Assembly: GCA_000165345.1 (NCBI GenBank)
Contig: CM000434.1
Span: 992,001-1,056,000, forward strand
DNA: 64,000 nucleotides
Direction: 5' to 3'
The notes beneath the pieces were generated by a model. That model was not told where the DNA came from. It saw nothing but the letters and a program-made list of their open reading frames with translations, and did not search any database. The position numbers and the translations under genes were made by a program. Below, in pieces: positions 1 to 10,242 of this stretch (position 1 is the first letter of the stretch; the number at the start of each line of letters is the position of its first letter).

Positions 1-251
1 GGTTTTGAATTAAATAACTTAGATTTATTGAAATTGAGGAGAATATTTCCGATTAAGCATTATATTATTTTTATGATAAATTTGTTTCTAAGAGTGAAAA
101 GATATGTATGTTATTAAATAATAATAAACCCTTAAAATAAGAATTATAATCGTAATTGCATCAATATATATTGCAATAATAAAAGTGTAAGACTAATTTT
201 TAATTATTAGCTTACCAGTACTTTTTAATCAAGGCTGTTTATTTTATTTGA

Positions 252-271
252 TTTTTTTTTTTTTTTTTTTT
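252..271. repeat. poly(T) homopolymer tract (~20 nt)
   Basis: Uninterrupted T run in 5' spacer. Confidence 0.9.
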
Positions 272-1153
272 AAGTTTAAATCACTCATTGCATTCCACCA
301 GACTTAGATGAAGGTAGAATAGGAGACAATTTGTAATAAAGAAAATATTAATGTATTTATTTTTATATGTTCAAGAAACCTTTATTAGTTTGGTTTTAGT
401 TAATGTTTAAGCCATTGAGATTTTGCTAATTGTGTAATTACTTTTTCAAAAAAAAAGTGAAATAGTATAAAAGCATATGAATGGGAGAATGAATAAAAAG
501 TTTCTTGATATAACTTTTAAAGTAAAACTTCATTAAAATAGTTGAACAAAAGATTAACACAAGTATAAAAGATAAAATTTGGGTGAATAATTAGAAGATT
601 TTATTTTTGCAGAAAAAAAAAGATGAATGATTTACTATTAATTTTTGCTTAAGCAATAAAATTCAATTATAAGAAGGAAGATCTACTAAAATTTTTGAAT
701 ATATTCTTAATATTTATGCAGTCCATTATTAAGAAAATCAAATATGAAACATTAATTTTTAAATTTTGATTTAGTTTGAAATGAAACTTGATGTTAATTT
801 CTTTCAGAAATAAAATTTAAAAGCTTCTCATAAGAGTATCTTTGAAGAAGTATTTTCATTTTTATTAAGTAGCATCTGGAAAATAAGAAATTCTCATTTT
901 TTTTTTGTATATATCATACATTTTAAAACTTAATTTTTCTATTTTCTCATTTTACCGCCATAATCAGAAATACATGTTATTCCTTTTTTCTATTAAAAAA
1001 TTGGTTTCTTGCTAGTAATTCTTTTTTAATAGTTTTATACTCCTTTTCATTAAAGATTAAGTTTTAAATTATTTCTAAATCAGTAAATTTTTTTTTCTTT
1101 GTTCTCATTTCTTTCAGAATTATACTAATTTGTTAGTATTTGACAACTCAAAC

Positions 1154-1174
1154 AGGCGGGCTGCCTTGCATGCA
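1154..1174. promoter_or_regulatory. E2F-like GC box (caggcgggc) plus TGCATGCA box upstream of MO25-like gene
   Basis: GC-rich islands in otherwise more than 75% AT spacer. Motif family recurs in nearly all 5' spacers of this window. Confidence 0.5.
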
Positions 1175-1548
1175 TTTAATTTGTATTGAGTTTTTTTGCA
1201 TCTGATTTTTTCCCCACATTGTACACGTAAGCGATTTCAATTACGTGTTTTTGCGGTAATTAAAATAATAACTATATGCCGGCATTTACATGCCAAATAA
1301 TTTTAAAAAGAAGTGTAGGATTGCATGTGGATGCATGCGAGTAGAATTAGCTGGTGAATAACAAGGAGAGTGCATTAATTAATTTTTGATATGAAAACTT
1401 AGAAGGTGGAAGAAGAGATAAAGTTGAATATATTAATTTTTAGATAGGGTATAAATGTATATTTATATATATTTATATTTTTAATTGACAGTAATGTTTT
1501 AGAGTTGAGCAGATAAGAATCCCATATTATTGCTAAAAGGTGTAATAA

Positions 1549-3110
1549 ATGTTGAACTGGATACATCTGCAAAAGAATTCATCAACTAATCTGGGAGCAG
1601 ATTATGATGATGATGGTAATTATTGCATAAATAATGATAATAAAAGTAATAATATAAGTGATAGTAATGGAATAATAAGTAAGATAGGCAAAAGCATTAT
1701 CGGCAACAATGTTGAAAAAGAGAAAAATAACTTAGAAAATGAAGAATACGAAAAAGTGAAAAGAAAGTTCTTGCAAGTTTGCAATGAAATTAACGTAAAT
1801 ATAATTAAATTAATAAATAGTGTATTAGTTAAAGACGAAGATAATATAGAAAAGTTAGAAAAAAGAGATGAAAGAGAAAAAATTTTTGAGAAAGTTATAA
1901 GTTATAGAAAAGACTTTAATAATATCTTTAGCACTGAAAAGAAGGAATTGAGTTTGAGAGGACCATTGGACGAAATTAAATTTATATTTCTTGATTTGGT
2001 GGATAAACAAGAAAAAGAATTGAATTTGTGGTTAAATGATAGGAATCAACAAAAAATGGAATGGAATGAAAGAGTTGAACGTATTTATAAACAAATATTC
2101 ACTTTATCTGAAATTTTCTGTGATTCTTTACTTCTAAACATAACATGTGTACTAGGATATGTTTCAATGGAAGAGCACTCTTTATGGGTAAGCATAATTT
2201 CTTTGCTTATTGTATTTGAAATAAGAAGTTGTCAGCATACAGTTTTATTAAAAGAAAATGAATTAATTAATGAAATTGATCAAGAAAATTTTGTAATACT
2301 TGAATGGCTTAATAAAAATTGTGATGAATTTTTTTCATTATTACTTAAACAATACTCAATAATTCCAATCACATATAAAATTGGAGAAGTACTTAGAGAT
2401 ATATCTACTATATTAAATCTTGCACAAGGTCCAGGAATTGTTGATAAACAAAATAATAAAACTTTCCCAATCTCAGAATCATTCAAGAATAAAAGTAATG
2501 AAATTGCAGAACATTTAATATATAAACAAGAAATCTTCACCAATTTAATTAAATTATCAGGAAATCAATGTTTTGACATATCTTCTGATTCTATTTCAAC
2601 TTTAAGGTGTTATTTATTTGTTTCACCTAAAATTACGAATGAATACATATTAAAGAATCAACAAGATTTTTTTTCAAATATATTCAAAATTCTAATCCAA
2701 TCAACTGAATATGTACCACAAAGGCATGGTTTAAGATTGTTAAATCAGTTATTATCATTAAAAGAACTCTCAAAAGTAATGACAGCATTTTCAAGTAACT
2801 GTGAATATCTCAAAATTTTTATGAATTTGATCACATCTCACTTAAATACTACTTCATTCGAAGCATTTCATATTTTTAAGCTTTTTGTTGCAAATCCCAA
2901 TAAATCACCAGGAATTCAAAAGATTTTATTTAAAAATAAAGATAAAATAGTTGAATTCCTAATTCATTTCCAAACTTCCAGAACTGATCCACAATTCATT
3001 TCAGATAAACAGGTAAGTCACTTACTTCACACATCAATTATTTTGCTAATAATAACCTTCTATTATTTCAGTTTGTAATTAATAAAATTAAAGATTTAAA
3101 AGCAATCTAA
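1549..3110 (+). CDS. MO25: MO25/Hym1 (calcium-binding protein 39)-like scaffold protein; two exons 1549..3012 and 3072..3110
   Basis: 509-aa ORF; C-terminal half aligns with MO25 family (…SFEAFHIFKLFVANPNK…KDKIVEFL…QTSRTDPQF). ORF read-through ends in junk, but splicing GTAAGT(3013)…AG(3071) in phase 0 restores the conserved MO25 C-terminus (SDKQ|FVINKIKDLKAI*, cf. human DEKTYLVKQIRDLK). Asn-rich N-terminal extension. Confidence 0.85.
3013..3071 (+). other. 59-nt spliceosomal intron of the MO25-like gene (GTAAGT donor, TTTCAG acceptor)
   Basis: cag|gtaagtc at 3010-3019 and ttatttcag|ttt at 3063-3074. Removal keeps frame and recreates the conserved MO25 C-terminal motif. Confidence 0.8.
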
Positions 3111-3144
3111 AATAATTCCTATTTTATATAACCATTTTTGCACA

Positions 3145-3158
3145 TTTTGGCGCCAAAA
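3145..3158. promoter_or_regulatory. perfect 14-bp E2F-type palindrome TTTTGGCGCCAAAA, 98 bp upstream of ATG 3256
   Basis: Exact palindrome. Located in the 145-bp spacer between genes. Confidence 0.6.
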
Positions 3159-3255
3159 TGTCACAGTGGGGAAGTCTGCGGTATTGCAAGAAATTACTAA
3201 AATAAAGAATTATACAAAAAAAGAAGTTTGTATTTGAAGTGATTATATTGACTTT

Positions 3256-6099
3256 ATGAGCACTTATAGTGTTTTTGAGCTTGGGAAACTGGATGAGAAG
3301 GATTTTTCTGCAATAGCATGGTTGAATAATGCATTAAGACGAAGAAATGTAACAGAAAATGGACGTCAATTGGAAGAAGAACTTCTTACAATTTCTCAAT
3401 CATGTATGTATACAATTACTGATTATAATGAACAAATTGAAACAAATATGGATGAAATAAATAACTTAATGACTAGTTTTATTTCTAAAAAAGAAGAAAA
3501 TAATAGAATTTGCAAAGAACTTAATTCAAAGATCAGTGAATTTTCTAATTTATTAATTTTAAATGAAGAAAAATACCTTAATAACAATAATATTGAAAAT
3601 ATATTATCTCTTTTTGAAAAGAAAGAAAAGCTTGAAACTGTTTCACAGATTCTAACAAATAACAGCAAATTTGAATTATTATTCAATGAAATTGAAAGTG
3701 TTCTAAATGACAAAGATACATTCTTATTATTAATTAAAGAACAAGGTCAAGATTTTCATGATATTATTAATAAGGTTTACTCTTTGAGACTTCTAGTCAG
3801 CAGTTTGGAATCAATACCAGAATTCTCTGCTAGAATAGAACGTTATAAAAGTCTTGAAAATACTATACTTAATATATTGGATGATTTCTTTCAAAGTAAA
3901 TTTACTAATGAAACTATTGAAGAAAATACTACTAATGAATTAATTCTAGTTTATTTCAAATTTGGTCATGAAACAAGATTATATAAGAAAACTATGAATA
4001 TTATTAATGAACAAATAGAACAGGTTTGGAAACTTTTATGGTCTTTAACTACTTTTGGATCACAAAATAAAGCATCAGAAATCGATCAATTTAAAAAAAT
4101 GGGCAAAAAAACAAATCAAAATGAAAAACATTCTTCTATTATCTTTCTTCCAGCTATTGAAGATTTAGAATCTGCCTATATTACACAAGATATATTCAGA
4201 ATTAGAGAAGATGAAGCTATTTCTAGATTCTTTTCATGGTTTTCTGAACTTATATGTTCAAGAAATCATATTATTGATCCAATATTATCAAGTAATCATA
4301 CTGCTATTACTATTTCAGAAGTTATCCAATCTATTATTCAGAAATTACTTGGAGTTTGTATTCCAGATATAAAAGAATTTATCAATATTGTAGTTAACTC
4401 AATCACAAGCTCTAAATTTATTTTTCCTGAAAATAATTCAGAAAGCTTTGAAATGGATTCAGATTCTATATTTGAAATGAATCATGATACAATATCAACA
4501 ATTGACGTTAAAGAAATTCGAACAATATGTGAAAGAATATGTAAATCAATCATTAATGGATTAGAACTTGTAATTATTCCTGATTTAAATAAACAAGGAA
4601 TATCAAATTTTATATCAAATCATTTGAATCAAGATCATCTTACTCATATTTCTGATATATTATTAATTAAAGGAAATTTTATACAATCACTTTTGCTTTG
4701 TGATATAGCATGGATTTTCCAAAGTATGAAAAACATTTCATCTAACTTAAAAACATTAATTATTAATCAGTCACCTGTTTCAGAGTATTCATCAGAAATT
4801 GAGTCTAAAAGTTCAATTTTAGTTGAAAGAATTGGAGTGTTACTTTCAAATGAAAGATTTGGTGATTATACACAACTTACTTTAATTCCTTTAGAAAATT
4901 ATATCATTTTCTTTATCTCAATTATTGATTACTCACTCAGATTTTTCCTTGAAAATGATTTAATTTACTTATTAAATCCTATTCAAAGTTCAGTTAGAAC
5001 TGAAACATTAAATTTGATTAAAAGTATTGAGAAGAAACAAAAGAATTCAAATCTGTTATTAACATCAGCTAATGTATTGGATAAAGATTTACTTTCATCA
5101 TGTTTTGCTTTTCATTTTTCATTAATGAAAACCAGAAAGATTTTTTATGATTTATTACAGACTTTAATAGTTCGTTGTAAATCAATATATTCTTCTTCAA
5201 CTGAATCAGAATCTCTTTTATCAAAGATATTTCATGATCAAATATGTTTTAATCAATATTCAATATTTCAAAGAATTCAAGAAACTATATCAGAATCTTT
5301 ATCTATTGAAATTCAAGCTATTCTTACTGGTCAAGAATCTTCTTTAAATCAGTCTAATTTTTTTGATAAATTTGGATCACAAATATTAATTTCTCAGATA
5401 CTCTCAGATTCTATTGATATTATTTCCCAATGTTGTTCATATCCAACTTTAGCATTTTTTGAAGGATATAACCGTCTTAATTCTTGGAGTAAAGAAAACA
5501 TTAATATTATTAAAGAAATTCATAATTTAAAAGATTCTAATGCACAATGTTTAGAAGAAGCTATAATATCCATTATCGAGAATTCAAGTATTCAACCATG
5601 TAGTTCTATTGTTTCTATTGGAGAATATTTATTAAATATTGTTGTAACTTTAGAATCTACATGTAATAATAATCCAGAGATGCAAAATCAAATAGAATCT
5701 GAAAATCTCATTCCAGAACTTGTTAAAAAGGTATCATATATTGTTGAAGATACATATAGACGTCAAATATTTGAAATTGAATACTTAAGTAAGCAAGGAT
5801 GCTTACAATTATATGTTGATTCTAAATATATTTTGAATATATTTGAGATACTTTTACTATATCATAAAAATCCTGAATTAGATAATTCTAATACTCAAAA
5901 AAAATTACAATCTGAAGAAATTATTCAAGATCATAAACAAAACAATAATGAGGTACCTGTTGGTAATGAAATTGTGTCTCTTAATAATGCTTTATTTATG
6001 ATCATCTCAAATACAACAATAGAATCTTCATCAAACAACAATCTTTTAGAATGGTATAATTCTTTGAAACAAAAGATAAAAAATACCGTCCAAGAATAA
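3256..6099 (+). CDS. hypothetical protein, 947 aa, Asn/Ile/Ser-rich, no confident domain (N-terminus weakly resembles CATCHR/COG-type tethering subunit N-termini)
   Basis: 2.8-kb uninterrupted ORF in AT-rich DNA. E2F-type palindrome ttttggcgccaaaa 100 bp upstream. Confidence 0.65.
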   Translation: MSTYSVFELGKLDEKDFSAIAWLNNALRRRNVTENGRQLEEELLTISQSCMYTITDYNEQIETNMDEINNLMTSFISKKEENNRICKELNSKISEFSNLLILNEEKYLNNNNIENILSLFEKKEKLETVSQILTNNSKFELLFNEIESVLNDKDTFLLLIKEQGQDFHDIINKVYSLRLLVSSLESIPEFSARIERYKSLENTILNILDDFFQSKFTNETIEENTTNELILVYFKFGHETRLYKKTMNIINEQIEQVWKLLWSLTTFGSQNKASEIDQFKKMGKKTNQNEKHSSIIFLPAIEDLESAYITQDIFRIREDEAISRFFSWFSELICSRNHIIDPILSSNHTAITISEVIQSIIQKLLGVCIPDIKEFINIVVNSITSSKFIFPENNSESFEMDSDSIFEMNHDTISTIDVKEIRTICERICKSIINGLELVIIPDLNKQGISNFISNHLNQDHLTHISDILLIKGNFIQSLLLCDIAWIFQSMKNISSNLKTLIINQSPVSEYSSEIESKSSILVERIGVLLSNERFGDYTQLTLIPLENYIIFFISIIDYSLRFFLENDLIYLLNPIQSSVRTETLNLIKSIEKKQKNSNLLLTSANVLDKDLLSSCFAFHFSLMKTRKIFYDLLQTLIVRCKSIYSSSTESESLLSKIFHDQICFNQYSIFQRIQETISESLSIEIQAILTGQESSLNQSNFFDKFGSQILISQILSDSIDIISQCCSYPTLAFFEGYNRLNSWSKENINIIKEIHNLKDSNAQCLEEAIISIIENSSIQPCSSIVSIGEYLLNIVVTLESTCNNNPEMQNQIESENLIPELVKKVSYIVEDTYRRQIFEIEYLSKQGCLQLYVDSKYILNIFEILLLYHKNPELDNSNTQKKLQSEEIIQDHKQNNNEVPVGNEIVSLNNALFMIISNTTIESSSNNNLLEWYNSLKQKIKNTVQE

Positions 6100-6189
6100 C
6101 TTTTAAGAATTGATAAACATTATAAAGTAATAACTATATTAATCAAGAAAGATCATCATACCTATTATCATTATTTTAATAATAATATA

Positions 6190-6921
6190 TTAAATAATAA
6201 ATTTCTGTCTATTTTGTATCTTATTTCTGAATTCATCATGTGCTTTTTCCCAAGCTTGAAGAAATTTTTTATTTCTTTCTTCTTTATTAGATGATGTAAA
6301 CCTATTAAACTTTGAAATATCTGTCTCGATACTCCCTTTAAAAATTCTTTTCCACCATAATCTAATACTTGTATTCAATTCTTTCTTTTCTAATTCTAAT
6401 ACTAACATTTTATTAATTATTCTCTTATTTTGAACTTTATCAAATGATTCTACATCTTTAATTGACCAAAATATTGTATTATCATCATATTTTACTTCAT
6501 ATTCAAATTTTTCAAATAGTATTGTCTCTAATCCATACATTATTGTAATACTGTTCTCTGTTACATTTATTTTGAAATCCTTACTTTGCATTTCTGGACT
6601 AATTTCTATCACTATTGTCAAATCATTTTCTGTCTGAGTCCAATAATAACTTTTTCCATTCTTAGATTTCCCCCCAAACACGTAATCGTTTAAAGATGAT
6701 ATCTTCTCCCGTGATACGTGTCCAGGTTCTATTTTTTTTAATTCGTCCACTGTTACATTAGACTTTACCTTATTATCTTCTTCACTTTCTATTTGACCTC
6801 CAATAGTAATTGAGTGAGGAGAGTCAAATCTAGTCACATTACACCTTGAACCAAACTTTTCTGACTCTTCGTCACTGCTAATTTCTATTTTATCCCATTT
6901 TGAATAGTCAATCCCTGACAT
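6190..6921 (-). CDS. NudC/CS (p23-like) domain protein
   Basis: 243 aa. N-terminal DYSKWDKIEISSDEE box, then a CS-domain core (YYWTQTENDLTIVIEI…FEYEVKYDDNTIFWSIKD) and a NudC-like C-terminal helix. Divergent promoter with two E2F-like sites at 6953-6986. Confidence 0.7.
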   Translation of the reverse strand: MSGIDYSKWDKIEISSDEESEKFGSRCNVTRFDSPHSITIGGQIESEEDNKVKSNVTVDELKKIEPGHVSREKISSLNDYVFGGKSKNGKSYYWTQTENDLTIVIEISPEMQSKDFKINVTENSITIMYGLETILFEKFEYEVKYDDNTIFWSIKDVESFDKVQNKRIINKMLVLELEKKELNTSIRLWWKRIFKGSIETDISKFNRFTSSNKEERNKKFLQAWEKAHDEFRNKIQNRQKFII

Positions 6922-6952
6922 CCTTCGGTATTCTATAATTTGTCAGCTGTTC

Positions 6953-6986
6953 ATGGCGCCAGAAAGTCGCATGACTTTGGCGCCAA
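6953..6986. promoter_or_regulatory. pair of E2F-like sites (atggcgccag / tttggcgccaa) in divergent promoter of NudC-like and GPN3 genes
   Basis: Two TGGCGCCA cores 23 bp apart between divergent start codons 6921(-) and 7185(+). Confidence 0.6.
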
Positions 6987-7184
6987 TACCAATCTGACTA
7001 TAAATAAGGGTAAAGGAAAAGTAAAGTTGAAAGAAAAGTGGAAAAAGAGAGTTTTGGAGGATTGAATGTGTATAAATTCTAATATTTTCAATAAAGGTTG
7101 AGGGAAGAAATCTAACAAGAGATCTTACTTTTTTTCTTCTTGCTATTTTAGAATTTAATAAGACTAATTAGTCTTTAAATAGCT

Positions 7185-7988
7185 ATGAGATTCGCTCAAC
7201 TTGTGGTAGGTCCAGCAGGATCAGGAAAATCAACATACTGCTCTACCATCCAAAAACATTGTGAAGTTATTGGCAGAACATGCCATGTAGTTAACCTGGA
7301 TCCAGCTGCAGAACACTTTAACTACGTATCTCAATTAGATATACGAGATTTAATTTCATTGAATGATGTAATGGAAGAGATTCATCTGGGTCCAAATGGA
7401 GGCCAAGTATTTGCTATGGAATACTTTATAGAGAATTTGGACTGGCTAGAAGAACAACTAAATAAGAATTTTGGTGATAATGACTATGTACTGTTTGATT
7501 GTCCTGGGCAAATCGAACTATTTACTCATCTTCCAGTAATGAGAATTCTAGTGACAGCATTGCAAAGATGGGATTTCAGGATTTGTGGTGTTTATTGTTT
7601 AGATGTTGGGTTTCTTACGGATGCAAGTAAGTTTGTAGCAGGATCTGTCTCAGCATTAAGTACAATGATACAACTTGAAATACCACATGTAAATGTTATT
7701 ACAAAATGTGATATAGTCCAGGATGAGAATCTTGTTTCTAGTTTCCTTCAAAAGGATTCTCTTACTCTAATTAGTGATCTTGAAAAGGTGACTCCAAGTC
7801 ATATAATGCCTTTAAATGTTGCTCTAGCCAATCTTCTTGAAGATTATAGCATTGTTTCTTATGTTCCTCTAAAGCCTGATGATGAGGACTCTGTATCAAA
7901 TGTACTATTAAGTATTGATATGAATCTTCAATTCCACGAAGAGCAAGATCCAACCATGAACTTTGATATTAATGGTGATGAATATTAG
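7185..7988 (+). CDS. GPN3: GPN-loop GTPase 3 (GPN3/ATPBD1C family)
   Basis: 267 aa. P-loop GPAGSGKST, GPN motif (HLGPNGG), DCPGQIELF. Collinear with human GPN3 over full length. Confidence 0.9.
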   Translation: MRFAQLVVGPAGSGKSTYCSTIQKHCEVIGRTCHVVNLDPAAEHFNYVSQLDIRDLISLNDVMEEIHLGPNGGQVFAMEYFIENLDWLEEQLNKNFGDNDYVLFDCPGQIELFTHLPVMRILVTALQRWDFRICGVYCLDVGFLTDASKFVAGSVSALSTMIQLEIPHVNVITKCDIVQDENLVSSFLQKDSLTLISDLEKVTPSHIMPLNVALANLLEDYSIVSYVPLKPDDEDSVSNVLLSIDMNLQFHEEQDPTMNFDINGDEY

Positions 7989-8274
7989 ATTTCCTATTAA
8001 AAATCATACTCTTATTTAAATAAGAAGTATTAATTTCTTATTTTGACTTCCAAATTTAGTTATCTTAAAAGCTATTTTTTGACTATTCAACTTTCTAGTC
8101 TTATTAATTCTTCTATTTACGTTTTTCCTTAGTTTCTTAACTTTTTACAATATTATTTTTGTAGACACTATTTTTTAAAATTATGACATGATTTAGACTT
8201 TTTATAGCCAAAAACTTCTCAATCCCACATCTAACATGGAAATCTTTTTAATTCTATTATTATTTGATATGGCA

Positions 8275-8301
8275 TTTCCCGCCAAATCCGCTTGGCGCCA
8301 T
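8275..8301. promoter_or_regulatory. E2F-like sites tttcccgccaaa and ttggcgccat upstream of secreted-protein gene
   Basis: Tandem GC cores ~160 bp upstream of ATG 8458. Confidence 0.55.
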
Positions 8302-8457
8302 ACGTGTCAAAATATTGATAACGGTACCTATGGTTAAATAGGAAGTTAATAATAAATCAAAATATAATTTTTTTTTTCAGTGGATAATTTAGAAAAGGAA
8401 AAATTAGGAGAGTTAAAGAAATTATAGAAAAGATTGTGAATTAAATAATGAGACCTC

Positions 8458-9828
8458 ATGAATAAACATAGAAATTTTTTAAGAAAGTTATGTTCTGGCC
8501 CGATATTATTATTAATAATTTTGAGCTTATCCAATAGTACTGAAGTGGATAAAGCTATTAATTTTAAAGAAAACTTACAATCAAAAGAATCAACATTTTC
8601 AACAGGGCTTAGAATACCAAATTATAATAATCATTCTGAAATTTGTAGATTATGTGGTTGTGACTCTACGAAGAATGTAAATGTAGAAGGTTTTAAATCT
8701 TTTACATGTAGTAACTGCAACAAATCCAAAATTCAAGAAGGAGATTGCATTTTGCAAGGAGCAATAAATGATTCAAACAATAACAAAACTGAACTAGTTC
8801 ATGGACTAGAAACTTCAGTTTTTGGAGATTATAGAAGTTTGTTCTTTGGGAAATCTGACTTTTTAACCAGTAGAAGCTATAGAAATAATCTATTGGCTCG
8901 TATTTTTGAACCAGAATTTACATGGGAAAATTTTTCACATGGAAGTATTAAAGATAATTGTAAAATATACAGAGATGAAAATGATGATTTTGAACATTTT
9001 AAGCTTAGTTTTACTTATACACTACATGGCGACCGAAATTGTACACGTCTTTTACTTCATTTTGTGAATAAACACACTGGAAGTACTCTATATAAGAATT
9101 TAAGTCCATTTAAAGAAATAGAAAGTGATTATGATTTAAATTCATTGATGGTTTTTAGGCATGATGATATCAAAGTTAGAGTAGATTCTCTTGAGAAGGT
9201 TAATCTTCACCAAGAATTCAATATCACTTCATACGACTCACCTCCCAAATTCCTATTTAGTTCTGAACAACAAGAATGGGTACCCGTTAGTTTACGGAAT
9301 CAAGAAATTATTGTTAATCCAAAAATTATTCATGAAAGGTTATTAATTATATTTCAGCTCATTAACTCCCAAAGTTCAACTCCAAGCTGCAAAATGGACA
9401 ATGTTAAAGTCGAAGTTGTTGTTCAATGTAAATCTGTAGCTTTCCCGCCAAACCCAAAATACAATAAGGATTTTGTTCAAGATAAACTTAAGAAAATGCA
9501 TTCTAAGTATGATGATAAAATTTTTAAGCTTTTCTTACAAAAATTTGAAGAAAAACTTATGCATGTTCTTGGCTCAATTCCTAATGCTCTACTCACTACA
9601 AATAGTAACAAGTTAATAACGAATACACCCTTGAGCAACTTTTCAATTCCTTGCAAAGAAGCTATTTATCTTGGCGATATTCCAAAGTTAATGACCAAAT
9701 TTAATTATACCTCTAAATTTAATGAACTTGCTAATTCTGGTTCCTATTCTACTTCAACACCAACTTTTGAAGATGTTGACGAAAATAAGCTTTTTAATGA
9801 CATCGAAGCTGCACTTAATACTAACTAA
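8458..9828 (+). CDS. secreted cysteine-rich hypothetical protein with N-terminal signal peptide
   Basis: 456 aa. Hydrophobic N-terminus (ILLLIILSLSNS), multiple Cys clusters (CRLCGCDS…CSNCNKS) and many N-glycosylation sequons. E2F-like sites at 8275-8301 upstream. Confidence 0.6.
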   Translation: MNKHRNFLRKLCSGPILLLIILSLSNSTEVDKAINFKENLQSKESTFSTGLRIPNYNNHSEICRLCGCDSTKNVNVEGFKSFTCSNCNKSKIQEGDCILQGAINDSNNNKTELVHGLETSVFGDYRSLFFGKSDFLTSRSYRNNLLARIFEPEFTWENFSHGSIKDNCKIYRDENDDFEHFKLSFTYTLHGDRNCTRLLLHFVNKHTGSTLYKNLSPFKEIESDYDLNSLMVFRHDDIKVRVDSLEKVNLHQEFNITSYDSPPKFLFSSEQQEWVPVSLRNQEIIVNPKIIHERLLIIFQLINSQSSTPSCKMDNVKVEVVVQCKSVAFPPNPKYNKDFVQDKLKKMHSKYDDKIFKLFLQKFEEKLMHVLGSIPNALLTTNSNKLITNTPLSNFSIPCKEAIYLGDIPKLMTKFNYTSKFNELANSGSYSTSTPTFEDVDENKLFNDIEAALNTN

Positions 9829-9920
9829 TCAAATCTATTCGTCTTAGATTTCTTTTATTATAATTCTAAACAAACAACAAACTAATATTTACATCTTCAA
9901 CTCTACATGCACTATTTAAA

Positions 9921-10115
9921 TTTTCCCGCCTAAAATTGCTCGTATTTTTTAGAAGTTAGAAAAATTAACGCTTTAGTTTAATAATTAGGATCTACCATGT
10001 ATATCAATGAATTTCTTCTCTTCCATTCTGTGAAAACTCTTTTTTCCTCTTCATACGAGAATTGAAGTAATCCTTTGATAATTTATAAGGGAGGGTGAAA
10101 AGTTAGTTTTGGCGG
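9921..10115. promoter_or_regulatory. E2F-like sites ttttcccgcc (9921-9930) and ttttggcgg (10107-10115) upstream of giant ORF
   Basis: GC cores in the spacer 9829-10242. Confidence 0.45.
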
Positions 10116-10242
10116 TTAACATGGCCTAAGACACCCCTCTGGGCCTGTGAGTATAAGAAAGACCAGGAGGCCATTAATAATAAGAAAAGTGTAAAAAAGA
10201 AGATCAGTCCTTTATGGATATTAAGGATTGATAGAGTAGTGC

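Noticed and set aside
2280-2543. Numerous 60-120-aa ORFs antisense to or overlapping long genes (e.g. 2280-2543, 3423-3713, 7771-7953, 10325-10858, 16966-17212, 20583-20935, 21177-21506, 38648-39664, 40020-40458, 45380-45670, 50926-52638)
   Set aside because: All lie inside and opposite to (or out of frame with) well-supported long CDSs. Their compositions are low-complexity mirrors of the sense-strand repeats. Not independent genes.
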